Shown piece after piece: positions 44,993-55,521 of a stretch of 64,000 bases of DNA. The notes beneath the pieces are model-generated. The model searched no databases. It was not told the origin of the DNA and worked only from the letters and a program-made list of their open reading frames with translations. The stretch is from an uncultured Syntrophus sp. (lineage in GTDB: Bacteria; Desulfobacterota; Syntrophia; Syntrophales; UBA8958), in contig CAZNDG010000012.1 in assembly GCA_964571695.1 (NCBI GenBank), positions 2,296 to 66,295 of the forward strand, written 5' to 3'. Numbering within the stretch: position 1 is the stretch's first letter; each line of letters opens with the position of its first letter. The position numbers and the translations under genes were made by a program.

Positions 44993-45307
44993 TTAGCAGG
45001 CGGAGCAGGAACCACAGCCACCGCCGCTGCCCGCCGCCAGATTGGAGGTCAGTTTGAACCCCGACCCCATGGCACCGGTAATGAAATCTACGGTGATCGG
45101 CCGGACCTCTTCGTAAAGGGACTTGTCGATCAGGAAGGTCAGGCCGTTATCCTGGACCACTTCGTCGGTTTCTTTTGGCTCATCCAGAGCCATCCCCAGA
45201 TTGGGGCCGCCTCAACCGGCCGTCATAATGATCCGGATCGTCTGGATAGCCTTGTTCTGCAGGAATTCCTTGATGACTTCCGTTGCTTTTTCGGTTACTT
45301 GAAACAT
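44993..45307 (-). CDS. HesB/IscA-like protein with in-frame UGA (probable selenocysteine at codon 32)
   Basis: An AAGGAGG lies 7 nt upstream of the ATG at 45307. The translation is MFQVTEKATEVIKEFLQNKAIQTIRIIMTAG-U-GGPNLGMALDEPKETDEVVQDNGLTFLIDKSLYEEVRPITVDFI...GGGCGSCSAC. The TGA at 45212-45214 sits where IscA/HesB proteins have the first cluster-ligand Cys (GGGCSG). Confidence 0.7.
45176..45192 (-). promoter_or_regulatory. candidate bacterial SECIS apical hairpin
   Basis: UGGCUC-UGGAU-GAGCCA starts 19 nt after the UGA and its loop contains GG and U. A second small hairpin, CCCCA-AUC-UGGGG, lies closer to the UGA. Confidence 0.35.
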
Positions 45308-45454
45308 TTTGATCCTCCTTGTCAAATCTTATCGGACCGCTAACCTATATACGGGACCAGCGTTTGTCAATCATAAACTCCGGAAAATATTTTCTGCCGG
45401 TCCGGTTATCCGTAGCCTAACCTCCGGCAGGCGAGATATTGCGCCCTCGAACGC

Positions 45455-47704
45455 TCAGGACGCCAACTGGAAGCCCTTTTCCCTGAACAGCCGCAGGCAG
45501 GCATCCACGACCTCGGGATCGTAAAGGAGGTCCCGGTTCTCTTCGATCTCCGCCAGCCCCTCCTCCAGGGCCCGCGCCGGGCGGTAGGGACGGTAAGAGA
45601 TCATGGACTCCACCACGTCGGCCACCATCAGGATCTTCGCCTCGATAAGCAGTTCGTCGTCCCTGAGCCCCCGGGGGTAGCCCGAACCGTCCAGTCGCTC
45701 ATGATGCTGCCGGATGATCTCGGCAATAGGCCAGGGGAAATCGATGTCCTTGAGGATCTCGAAGCCGGACTCCGCGTGGTTCTTCACGAGGCTGAACTCG
45801 ATGTCCGACAGCTTCCGCGGCATGCTGAGGATCTCCGCCGGCACGGATATCTTGCCGAGATCGTGAATGACGCTGGCCAGCCGGACGGAGTTTTTCTGTT
45901 CGCAGCTCAGCTCCATTTCCTCGGCGATGGCGCCGGCCAATTCGGCAACGCGGCGCTGATGGCCGGCAGTATATGGGTCCCGCGTTTCCACCGTCACAGC
46001 CATCGCCCGCACCGTCGCTTCAAGGGATTTGATGATACGCTCCATGCTCAGTTTGCGATCGGTGATATCCTGGCTCATGCCTTCGTAATAGCGGATGTTG
46101 CCCTGCTCGTCCCGAACCGCCTGGAAGGTCAGGGAGACCCAGATGGGGGTGCCGTCCTTGCAACGTTGCTGGACCTCAAAATCCTTTACGTAACCCTGCC
46201 TGTCGATGAGGTGGAGGATCTTCTCCCGGTCCTTGGGATCAACATAGAGTTGGTAGGCAACGTCCGTCATCGTGGCGATGAGTTCCTCGGAAGAGGCATA
46301 ACCCAGCATCCGGGCCATGGCCGGATTGGCCATCAAGAAGGCGCCTTCCGGCGTGGAACGGAAGATCCCCTCCTGAACGCCCTCGAAGATTGTCCGGTAC
46401 TGCGCTTCGGCCCGGCGCAGGTCCTCCTCCGCCTGCATGCGTTGGGTAATGTCTTCATTGGTCCCTTCATAATAAATGATTCTGCCCTCTTCATCTTTTA
46501 CCGCATGGGCATTGATGGAAATCCAGAATTTGCTCCCGTCCCGTCGATAGAGTTGCGCGACGAAATCATTGACCAGGCCCTTTTCCGTCAGGATTCGCTT
46601 CAGCCGCTCCCGGTCCTCGGGATAGACGTAAAGCTGTTGCCCGATATTGGTGACGGCGTTGATCATCTCCTCCTGGGAATCGTAGCCGAACATCCGGTAA
46701 AAGGCCGGGTTCATGCTCAGATAGCGTCCTTCGGGCGTGGTCTGGTATATCCCCTCGACGGCGTTTTCATAAATCTGACGATACTTCTCTTCACTGGCGA
46801 TCCATCTCTTTTCGGCCGCCTTAAGCTCGGTGACGTCTTCCGATATCCCCAGAAGATAAAGGGCTTCCCCCTCTTCATTCAGGATGGGGATCTTCTTCGT
46901 ATGGAGGATCCGCGTTCCCAGATCCCGGGTTTCGATGGACTCTTCGCGAATGTCCACCAGTGTCTTCCCGGCGAGGGTCTCCCGGTCCTTGGCGGTAAAG
47001 AAATCCGCCTGCCCTTTGGGGAAAAAATCGTAATCGTTTTTGCCGATCAAATCCTCCCGGCGCATACCGAGCAGTTTTTCCCCGGCCCGGTTGAACCGGA
47101 CAAAGTTCAGGGCTTTTGCGTCCTTGACAAAGATCATGTCGGGAATGTTCTCGATGACGCTGGCCAGGAACTCCTGCTCCTTCCGCAGCGTCTCCTCCTT
47201 GGTCCGCAGTTGCTCATACACGGCTTCGAGATCCAGAATCTTCTTCTCCAGTTTGCGGCACAGGGCTTCGTTGTGCCGGCGGAGGAATTCCATCTCCTCC
47301 TCCAGGGATGCCAGCGCCGGTGATTCCGCCCGGCGCTTTTTGTTCAACAATTCCTGGAAGATGCCCATCAGCACATCCGGATCCTGGGGCTTGAGGAGGA
47401 AGCGATCGGCACCAAGGTCCAAGCCGAGCGACTGATCCTCCTGTTGGGTATAGGTAGCCGTGTAAAATACAAAGGGAACGCGATGCAGGCGATCATCCGT
47501 CTTGCAGCGGCGGCAGAGGGCATAACCGTCCATAACGGGCATGAGGATGTCGCTGACGATGAGATCCGGCGGCGATTGGCGGGCGATCTCCAGGGCGTCG
47601 GCGCCGTTTTCCGCTTTCATGACCTCAAAGCCGTGTGTTTTCAGCAATATTTCGAGCAAATAGAGATTTTCCGCATTGTCGTCGACGATCAGCACCCGGT
47701 CCAT
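45455..47704 (-). CDS. response regulator with REC, three PAS domains and HD-GYP phosphodiesterase output
   Basis: The N-terminal REC reads VLIVDDNAENL...DLIVSDILMPVMDG. PAS repeats follow, and the C-terminus has HDLGK...HHERLDGSGYPRGL. Confidence 0.9.
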   Translation of the reverse strand: MDRVLIVDDNAENLYLLEILLKTHGFEVMKAENGADALEIARQSPPDLIVSDILMPVMDGYALCRRCKTDDRLHRVPFVFYTATYTQQEDQSLGLDLGADRFLLKPQDPDVLMGIFQELLNKKRRAESPALASLEEEMEFLRRHNEALCRKLEKKILDLEAVYEQLRTKEETLRKEQEFLASVIENIPDMIFVKDAKALNFVRFNRAGEKLLGMRREDLIGKNDYDFFPKGQADFFTAKDRETLAGKTLVDIREESIETRDLGTRILHTKKIPILNEEGEALYLLGISEDVTELKAAEKRWIASEEKYRQIYENAVEGIYQTTPEGRYLSMNPAFYRMFGYDSQEEMINAVTNIGQQLYVYPEDRERLKRILTEKGLVNDFVAQLYRRDGSKFWISINAHAVKDEEGRIIYYEGTNEDITQRMQAEEDLRRAEAQYRTIFEGVQEGIFRSTPEGAFLMANPAMARMLGYASSEELIATMTDVAYQLYVDPKDREKILHLIDRQGYVKDFEVQQRCKDGTPIWVSLTFQAVRDEQGNIRYYEGMSQDITDRKLSMERIIKSLEATVRAMAVTVETRDPYTAGHQRRVAELAGAIAEEMELSCEQKNSVRLASVIHDLGKISVPAEILSMPRKLSDIEFSLVKNHAESGFEILKDIDFPWPIAEIIRQHHERLDGSGYPRGLRDDELLIEAKILMVADVVESMISYRPYRPARALEEGLAEIEENRDLLYDPEVVDACLRLFREKGFQLAS

Positions 47705-47711
47705 AAGTTGG

Positions 47712-48104
47712 TCACTTCCCTTCCCCGCCGTCCGCCCTTAGGCATAGCTGTTGTTCGACCTGTTGCATAAAGGTGTCGGGATTGATCGGTTTCTCGATAT
47801 AGCCGTTGCATCCCGCCGCGATAGTCTTCTCCCGATCCCCGGCCATCGCATACGAGGTGACCGCCACAATCGGGACCGTTGCCAGGTCCGGCTTGGTCCT
47901 GAGCGTCCGGGCCACGGCATAGCCGTCCATGACGGGAAGCTGGATGTCCAGAAGGATCAGATCCGGCTTTATCTTTTCGGCCATTTCAATCCCTTCCCGG
48001 CCGTCCCGGGCCTCGCACACCTCGTAGCCATTCTTTTCCAGAATAAACTTGACGAGATAGAGGTTCTGTTCGTTGTCCTCGATTACCAGGATTCTGCTTT
48101 TCAT
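47712..48104 (-). CDS. single-domain response regulator (CheY-like)
   Basis: MKSRILVIEDNEQNL...DLILLDIQLPVMDG...VTSYAMAGD...YIEKP is a receiver domain. There is an ATGA overlap with the upstream kinase gene. Confidence 0.9.
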   Translation of the reverse strand: MKSRILVIEDNEQNLYLVKFILEKNGYEVCEARDGREGIEMAEKIKPDLILLDIQLPVMDGYAVARTLRTKPDLATVPIVAVTSYAMAGDREKTIAAGCNGYIEKPINPDTFMQQVEQQLCLRADGGEGK

Positions 48105-50085
48105 GTCTGACTCCCTTTCGCCGGTATGGATACCGTAAACGTAGTCCCCCGCTGCCATTCGCTTTCCACCCGGATGTCGCCGCCCATCAGTTCCAGGAGC
48201 TTCTTGCAGATGGACAGCCCCAGTCCCGTCCCTTCATACATGCGGTTGATTCCGGTGTCTATCTGACGAAACGGTTTGAACATCTCGTCGATATTCTCTT
48301 TTTTCACGCCGATGCCGGTATCGGCCACGCGGATGATATAATTTCCATCCGCCGCCACGCAAGAAATATTGATGCTTCCCGCATCCGTAAATTTTACGGC
48401 ATTGCTCAACAGGTTTAAAATTATCTGTTCCACCCGGCGGGCATCGCTGTACAGCTCCCCCACCTCCGGGGCGATGGCGACCTCGAGGCGCAGGCCCTTC
48501 TTTTCCGTCAGGGGCCGGCATGTCTGCACGATCTTGTCGATGGCCGCCCGCAGATCGAAGTTCTCCCGGGAGATCTGGAGTTTGCCCGCCTCGATCTCCG
48601 AGATGTCCAGGATATCGCTGATGAGCGCCAGGAGGTGGTTGGCGCTGGTGCGCACCATTTGGAGCTGCTTGCGCTGTTCATCGTTGAGCGGTCCCACCAG
48701 GCCCTGGAGAAGGATGCCGGTAAAGCCGATGATGGAATTCAGGGGCGTCCGCAACTCATGGGACATGGTGGCCAGAAACGCTGATTTCATCTGGTCCGCC
48801 GCTTCGGCGTGTTCCTTGGCCTGCATCATCTCCATATTGCTCATCCGCAACTGCTGCGTCCGTTCCTCCACGAGGGCCTCCAGGTGGTCGCGATGCTTCT
48901 GGAGCTCCTGTTCCTTGACCATGAGGACCCGCTCGGTGCGGCGCCGCCGGACGAGATTGAAGAACAATGCCGCGATGAGGGCCGCCTGGGCGGCAAAGAT
49001 CAGCAGCGCCATGAGCACGATCCCACGGTTTTCCTCCCAAAATGATTTCTCCCGGTTGATCAGGATGCTTGCGGCGGGGACCAGGTCGGGGGAAACCCCC
49101 AGCGCTCGAGCTGCCGCCAGTCGTACATATTCCGTATCTCCGCCTCGATTTTGAGGGGGTATTTAACCTCCCGGTCGGAGATCATTTTGACGGCGGCGGC
49201 GGCGGCGGCATTACCGTAGGCTTCCGCGCTGGTGAGATGGCCGCCGAGGATGCCTAGGCCGAGGACGGTGTCGTAGAAGCCGAAGATCGGGGCATTCGCC
49301 CGGGGAGCGAGTTCCTTCATCACCTGGACGGTAGTGCAGGGATTGCCGTCCCGATCCCGGACATAGGTGAGGATCAGGATGGCGGAGTTTACCGGGGTGA
49401 GGGAAAGACGGTCGGCCAATTCCCGGGGGGGCACGCCGTCGAGGTAGGAGACATCCCGGGGCCAGCGGATTCGTTCCACGGCCCGGCGGGTCCTCTCCCG
49501 GTAGGTTAGGTCGTCCTCGCCCTGGCCGGACACCACGAAGAGACGTTCCGTCCGGGGGAAAAAGAGCCTGATCCGCTCGATGGTGCCGGCAATGTCGGAA
49601 GTGCTTTCAACCAGACCCGTTTTTTCCCCGGCCAGGATCCCCGGAATCTGGTCCTTGCCGGGAAGGAGGTATAATTTCGGGACGCCGGGAAAGAGCTCTT
49701 CGCCATGAGACAACAGAAAACCGCTGCCGGCCGGCATGACACCGATGACAAGATCGATGCCCAAATAACGGTACTTCGCCCGGAGCAAATCCCGAAAGAT
49801 GATGAGAAACTCCGGATCGGCCAGTTTCCTGCCGTCCATATACTCGTAGCTCATCTTGGCCGGCGGGGAAAGAACCTTATGGATGCTGTCGCTGAAGGCA
49901 TGATCGAGGGAGTTGAACCACTGGGTGACGTAGGGCTGGGAGGTAATGATCAGGATATGCGCGCCGTCCTCCTTTTTGCCGGCCGGCGGTTTCCCTTCGG
50001 AAGCCGGCGCCGGACTCCCCAAACCGAGGAGAATCAGGAGAGGCATGAGGAACAAAACAGCTCGTATTTGTTGCTTATATTGCAT
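48101..50085 (-). pseudogene. sensor histidine kinase with periplasmic ABC-substrate-binding-like domain; reading frame interrupted near 49096-49100
   Basis: ORF 49060..50085 has a signal peptide and a periplasmic domain ending ...DWRQLERWGFPPTWSPPQAS*. In the adjacent frame the sequence continues GVSPDLVPAASILINREKSFWEENRGIVLMALLIF (TM), then HisKA (FLATMSHELRTPLNSI) and HATPase (GTGLGLSI). One extra G in the G5 run would fuse the two ORFs. This could be an assembly error or a real frameshift. Confidence 0.7.
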
Positions 50086-50463
50086 GCTGGGTAATCAATT
50101 TATGAAAAAGGTAATCTCGACCTGTTTTAAAATTCCCAGTTCAAATTTACCAATACATCTATCATCTCCCTAAATCTACTTATTATTTCTAATTGAACCT
50201 TGGCATCTGGCGATTATTCTCGCCAAAATAACGGCTCAGCGAATCCAAGAGATAATGTAACATTCCGGTTGGCATGACACACAGCAGGAGATTTATAAAG
50301 TAATTATGATGACTTTTTACGAGTTCATCAATTATATCAGATGGGAAACGCTTCGGGAACGACTAATTCCTTCCCCGGCGGCGGGGAAGATCGAAACAGT
50401 TGAAAAATCCGCGTATTCATTCTATAGGCATCTGCCCGGCAGGAAAAAGGAAAGGAAACCGAC

Positions 50464-51357
50464 ATGGAACCCGATCGCAAAGACAACTATCTGCTGCGCG
50501 TTATCAGCGATGACGGCGGCATTCTGGGGCTGGCCTGCGACACGACGGCCCTGGTGGAGGAGGCCCGGCGGTTGCACGGCACCTCGGAAACGGCGGCGGC
50601 AGCCCTGGGCAGGACCCTGACGGGAGGGGCGCTCATGGCCGCCCTCCTGAAGCGGGACCAGCGGCTGGCCATCAAGATCGAAGGCAACGGACCGCTGCGG
50701 AAGATCATCGTCGAAGCGGACAGCGACGGCACGCTCAGGGGATTTGTAGGCGACCCCACCGTCGCCCTGCCGCCCCGGGGGGAAAAGATCGACGTCGCTG
50801 GGGCCGTGGGGAAGGAAGGGCTTCTCACCGTCATGAAGGACCTGGGGGCCAAGGAACCATACAGTGGCATCGTCCGGCTCCGGACCGGGGAGATCGCCAC
50901 GGATCTGGCCCATTATTTTGCCGAGTCGGAGCAGATTCCCACGGCCATGGCCTTGGGCGTCCATGTCGATCCATCCGGAGCCGTCAGCGCCGCCGGGGGA
51001 TTTCTGATCCAGACCCTCCCCCCGCCCGACGCGGCGCGGGTGGATCGCCTTGCCGACCGGATCGGCGGGCTGGACCCCGTCACCCGGATGCTCCGAAACG
51101 GCTGTACGCCTGAGACGATCCTGGCAACCATCTACGGTGATATCCCCTATCGACTCCTGGAGAAAAAGGCCCTCATCCTCCGATGCACATGCAGCCGAGA
51201 CCGGATCGAGCGGGTCCTCATCTCTCTGGGGCCGCAGGAGATTTCCGCCCTCATCGCCGATCCCGGAGAAGCCTCCGTAACCTGCGAATTCTGCCGGGCC
51301 GCCTATCATTTCCGGCGTCAGGATCTGGAACAGCTCCGGGCGGAGATGCAAGCCTGA
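50464..51357 (+). CDS. hslO: redox-regulated chaperone Hsp33
   Basis: An Hsp33 fold is present, with the C-terminal zinc centre CTCS...CEFC. Confidence 0.9.
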   Translation: MEPDRKDNYLLRVISDDGGILGLACDTTALVEEARRLHGTSETAAAALGRTLTGGALMAALLKRDQRLAIKIEGNGPLRKIIVEADSDGTLRGFVGDPTVALPPRGEKIDVAGAVGKEGLLTVMKDLGAKEPYSGIVRLRTGEIATDLAHYFAESEQIPTAMALGVHVDPSGAVSAAGGFLIQTLPPPDAARVDRLADRIGGLDPVTRMLRNGCTPETILATIYGDIPYRLLEKKALILRCTCSRDRIERVLISLGPQEISALIADPGEASVTCEFCRAAYHFRRQDLEQLRAEMQA

Positions 51358-51709
51358 AATAAGCCCCTTTATCAGCAATCTATTCCTGCGTTGCCCGCCG
51401 CAAATCAAACGAAGTCACTCCCGGCACATTTTTTCCACCCCCGGAGAGGCAATTCGATCGGCACGGTCCGGAACAGTGCCTTCCTGCTTATGGCCGCGAA
51501 AAGGATGCGGTATCCTTTGGAAGGCTATGCGATTCGGGAAGGAGGCGCCGTTCGGAGACAACGAGTTTTTGACTTTGGCTTTACTCCCGTGATAGGTAGA
51601 TTTCTAAAGTGCCGGTGGATGCGGCGCGGGCGGCGGAAAATAAAATGATAACAAAAACGATACGTAAGACAAGTTAACTGCATCTGCCGATATTGCGGGA
51701 GAAGGGACG

Positions 51710-54256
51710 ATGGCGAAGCTGACTCTGGCGGAATGGCTGGCGCGGCTGGAGAAGAACAAACGGTTTTTGGACAACGTCCGGGCGCTCAAGAAGATCCCGC
51801 CCCGGGAGGGCCAGTACGCGGATTTCCCCGCCTGGCTCCACCCCCGCCTCCGGGAGGTCTTAGCCGCCCGGGGAATCGGGCGGCTTTACAGCCACCAGGG
51901 CGAGGCCGTGGAACTGGTAAGATCCGGCCGGGACGTCGTCCTGGTTACACCCACGGCAAGCGGCAAGACGCTCTGCTACAACCTCCCGGTATTGCAGCGT
52001 ATTATCGAAGAGCCGGAAACCCGGGCCCTCTATATTTTTCCCACCAAGGCCCTGGCCCAGGATCAGATGCACGAGGTCCACGGCCTCATCGGCGATCTCA
52101 AAGCAGACATCAAGACTTACACCTACGACGGCGACACCCCGGACGACGCCCGGCAGGCCATCCGCCGCCAGGGCCACGTGGTGGTCACCAACCCCGACAT
52201 GCTCCACGCCGGAATCCTCCCCCACCATACCAAGTGGCAGAAATTATTCGCTAATCTGAAATACATCGTCATCGACGAACTCCACGTCTATCGAGGGGTC
52301 TTCGGCTCCCACCTGGCCAACGTGATCCGGCGGCTGGTGCGGATCTGCCGGTTCTACGGCCGGGACCCCGTTTTCATCTGCTGCTCCGCCACCGTGGCCA
52401 ATCCCCGGGAGCATGCCGAGGCGATCCTGGAGCGACCGGTGGCCCTGATCGCGGACAGCGGCGCCCCAACGGCAGGCAAGACATTCATCCTCTACAATCC
52501 GCCCATCGTCAACCGGGAGCTGGGGATCCGCCAGTCGGCCCTGACGCCGACCCGGATCTTGGCGGCAGAACTGATTGAAAACGCGATCCAGACCATCGTC
52601 TTTGCCACGAGCCGCCTGAACGTCGAGGTCCTGACGAAATATCTCAAGGATCTCTTCGCCAAGGGGAAACCCGTGGATCCCCGGTCCGTCGCCGGCTACC
52701 GGGGCGGCTATCTCCCCAACCTCCGCCGGGAGATCGAGGCGGGACTCCGCAAAGGGGACATCCTCGGAGTGGTGACCACCAACGCCCTGGAGCTGGGCAT
52801 CGACATCGGCGACCTGGAAGCCTGTGTGATGTGCGGCTATCCCGGCTCCATCGCCAGCGCCTGGCAGCAGGCCGGACGGGCGGGGCGGCGGCAGGGCCAG
52901 AGCCTGGCGCTGCTCATCGCCCGGAGCAGCCCCATGGACCAGTTTCTCGTCGAACATCCCGAATACTTCTTTTCCCGCTCCCCGGAGCACTGCCGGATCA
53001 ATCCGGACAACCTCCTCATCCTCCTCCATCACCTGAAAAGCGCCGCCTTCGAGCTGCCCTTCGAGCGGGGGGAACGCTTCGGGAAGGAGAATCTGGAGGA
53101 GCTGCTGGGCTATCTGGAGGAAAAGGGCGTCCTCCACCAGGTCGAGGGGCGGTGGCACTGGATGGCGGAGAGTTATCCCGCCGACGAGGTGAGCCTCCGG
53201 AGCATCAATCCGGAAAACGTCGTGGTCGTCGATGCCACCGACGCCGGCAAGCCCCGGGTCATCGCCGAGGTGGACTGGGACAGCGCCTTCACCACCGTCC
53301 ACGACGACGCGATCTATATGGTGGAATCCCAGCAATATCATGTGGATAAGCTCGATCTGGAACGGAAGACCGCCTATGTCCGCAAGGTCGATGTGGACTA
53401 CTACACCGACGCCATGACCTACACCAATGTCCGGGTCATCGACTCATTCGCCGGGCGCCGTCCCGGACCGGCGATCGTGGAGCACGGGGAGGTCCAGGTG
53501 GTCCGCAAGGTCGTGGGCTTCAAGAAGATCAAGTTCTACACGGCGGAGAATCTCGGCTACGGCGACGTCGCCCTGCCGGAGAAGGACATGCACACGACGA
53601 GTTACTGGTTCACCATCCCCAAGGATGTCCTCCTGGCCCTGCCCTACAACCAGGCGGAGATCATCGACGGCCTGGGGGGCCTAACTTACGGCCTCCATCA
53701 CCTGGCCGCCATGCGCCTTATGGCGGATCTCCACGACCTCGACCGGGCCATCGGCGACAAGAGCGGGGAGTGGTTCGTGAAAAAAGGCAAGGAGTTGCGG
53801 GCGATTACGAATTTCGCGGGTGCGGCCCCGGCAGGAAAAGGCGCGGGGGGGGTGATAGCCGCCAATAGCGCCGCGGCGGCCGGGATAGATGCTACCTCCG
53901 TAGGTGTCGCCGGGAGAGGCGCTACGGAAGACGGGACGCGGGATAACCGGACCGCTTCAGGAGGCGGGTTCGGAGCGGTCTCCGGAAACGACAAAACGGG
54001 GATTTCCGGGGGCGCCGGCGGCGAAGCGGCGCGCCTCGACGCCTACGACCCGACGATCTTCATCTTCGACGCCTACCCAGGAGGCATCGGCTTCTCCGAG
54101 CTACTCTATGCCCAGCACGAAGACCTGCTCGCCGCCGTCCACCGCCTCCTCCGGAGTTGCCCCTGCTCCCACGGCTGTCCCTCCTGCGTCGGCCCGACCC
54201 TGGAGGTGGGACCTACCGCCAAGGAGGTGGCCCTGGCCATCCTGGAGCGTTTGTAG
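51710..54256 (+). CDS. DEAD/DEAH-box helicase with C-terminal DUF1998 zinc-binding domain (YprA/MrfA-like)
   Basis: Motif I TPTASGKT, motif II DELH and motif VI QQAGRAGRR are present, and the C-terminus reads CPCSHGCPSCV. A G/A-rich insert of ~80 aa lies at ~53810-54050. Confidence 0.85.
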   Translation: MAKLTLAEWLARLEKNKRFLDNVRALKKIPPREGQYADFPAWLHPRLREVLAARGIGRLYSHQGEAVELVRSGRDVVLVTPTASGKTLCYNLPVLQRIIEEPETRALYIFPTKALAQDQMHEVHGLIGDLKADIKTYTYDGDTPDDARQAIRRQGHVVVTNPDMLHAGILPHHTKWQKLFANLKYIVIDELHVYRGVFGSHLANVIRRLVRICRFYGRDPVFICCSATVANPREHAEAILERPVALIADSGAPTAGKTFILYNPPIVNRELGIRQSALTPTRILAAELIENAIQTIVFATSRLNVEVLTKYLKDLFAKGKPVDPRSVAGYRGGYLPNLRREIEAGLRKGDILGVVTTNALELGIDIGDLEACVMCGYPGSIASAWQQAGRAGRRQGQSLALLIARSSPMDQFLVEHPEYFFSRSPEHCRINPDNLLILLHHLKSAAFELPFERGERFGKENLEELLGYLEEKGVLHQVEGRWHWMAESYPADEVSLRSINPENVVVVDATDAGKPRVIAEVDWDSAFTTVHDDAIYMVESQQYHVDKLDLERKTAYVRKVDVDYYTDAMTYTNVRVIDSFAGRRPGPAIVEHGEVQVVRKVVGFKKIKFYTAENLGYGDVALPEKDMHTTSYWFTIPKDVLLALPYNQAEIIDGLGGLTYGLHHLAAMRLMADLHDLDRAIGDKSGEWFVKKGKELRAITNFAGAAPAGKGAGGVIAANSAAAAGIDATSVGVAGRGATEDGTRDNRTASGGGFGAVSGNDKTGISGGAGGEAARLDAYDPTIFIFDAYPGGIGFSELLYAQHEDLLAAVHRLLRSCPCSHGCPSCVGPTLEVGPTAKEVALAILERL

Positions 54257-54438
54257 AGAGCCGTCCCCATTTTTTATCCTTTTTTAAGCGAGGATGAAGT
54301 CCAGATAGTTATCCCGGCGGGGAAATATCTTGACGAATTATTTATGACACGGCAATCTCCACAAAAAGAAGTGGCAAGTTGTTGATTAACCTTATGATAA
54401 TGCGTCTTTCCCATGTTTATTAAAGAAGACAGGAAATC

Positions 54439-55521
54439 ATGTCCGAATATTCTCCCCGGAAAAAAGGTGCGGTAGCCATCGCCATCAGTGGCGGGGTTGA
54501 TTCCTCCACGGCCGCCCTGCTGCTTAAGGAAGCCGGACATGACGTAGTCGGCGTCACCATGTCTCTGGGCATCACCGCGGCGGATGAAGTACCAGCCCAG
54601 CGCCGCGATTCCAGGGAGAGCGAAGATGCCCGCCGGGTCTGCCGGAAACTGGGCATTCCCCATGATGTTCTTGATTTTGACGGCGAGCTTGATGCCATGG
54701 TAATCTGGCCTTTCGTCTCCGAATATCTCCGGGGGCGAACCCCGAACCCCTGCGTGAAGTGCAACCGGGCCATCAAATTCGGAAGTCTCCTCCGCAAAGT
54801 GCGCGCCATGGGTTGCGAGTACCTGGCCACGGGGCATTATGCGCGGGTGGATCATGACCGTGCTCTGTCCCGCTTGTCCATTCCCCGCGATGCCGGAAAG
54901 GATCAGACCTATTTCCTGTACGCCATAAACAAAGGAGATCTGCACCATGTCCTGTTTCCCCTGGCCGATTATCGTAAGGAGGAAGTGAGAAGGCTGGCGG
55001 CGGCCGCCCGACTTCCCACTTCGGAGAAACCGGACAGCCAGGACATCTGCTTTGTCTCCAAGGAAAGAATGGATTCTTTTATCAGGCAGCATGCCGGGAA
55101 AAAGATCCTTCCGGGAGAGATTGTAAACCGGGCGGGGAAGGTTCTCGGTCGCCACCGCGGGCTGCCCTTTTACACCATCGGACAGCGGAGCGGCCTCGGT
55201 GTCAGCAACACGGTTCCCCTTTACGTCCTGGCCCTGGATGTGGCCGGCAACCGCCTGGTCGGCGGCGAGAAGTGCGAGGTGCGGGCGACGGGGCTTATTG
55301 CCGACCGGATCAACCTGCTGGTGAATGATCCTCCGGAACGGGCAACGGCCAAGATACGCTACGCGCACCGGGCGGCGCCATGTTCCGTAACCTGGGCGGG
55401 GGAAAATGCCACGATCGTCTTTGACAAGCCACAGGAGGCGATTTCCCCGGGCCAATCGGTCGTGGTCTATGACAGCAGTCTCGTCGTCGGCGGGGGCATC
55501 ATCCGGGAGGCAATCAGATGA
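54439..55521 (+). CDS. mnmA: tRNA-specific 2-thiouridylase
   Basis: The PP-loop AISGGVDSS is present, with conserved NPCVKCN and ATGHYAR. Confidence 0.92.
   Translation: MSEYSPRKKGAVAIAISGGVDSSTAALLLKEAGHDVVGVTMSLGITAADEVPAQRRDSRESEDARRVCRKLGIPHDVLDFDGELDAMVIWPFVSEYLRGRTPNPCVKCNRAIKFGSLLRKVRAMGCEYLATGHYARVDHDRALSRLSIPRDAGKDQTYFLYAINKGDLHHVLFPLADYRKEEVRRLAAAARLPTSEKPDSQDICFVSKERMDSFIRQHAGKKILPGEIVNRAGKVLGRHRGLPFYTIGQRSGLGVSNTVPLYVLALDVAGNRLVGGEKCEVRATGLIADRINLLVNDPPERATAKIRYAHRAAPCSVTWAGENATIVFDKPQEAISPGQSVVVYDSSLVVGGGIIREAIR

Noticed and set aside
45701-47323. 540-aa plus-strand ORF antisense to the REC-PAS-HD-GYP gene
   Set aside because: It is a shadow ORF with no domains. The minus strand has unambiguous REC, PAS and HD-GYP motifs.
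50306-50620. 104-aa ORF upstream of and overlapping hslO
   Set aside because: It starts in an AT-rich non-coding region, overlaps the hslO start out of frame, and has no recognisable features.
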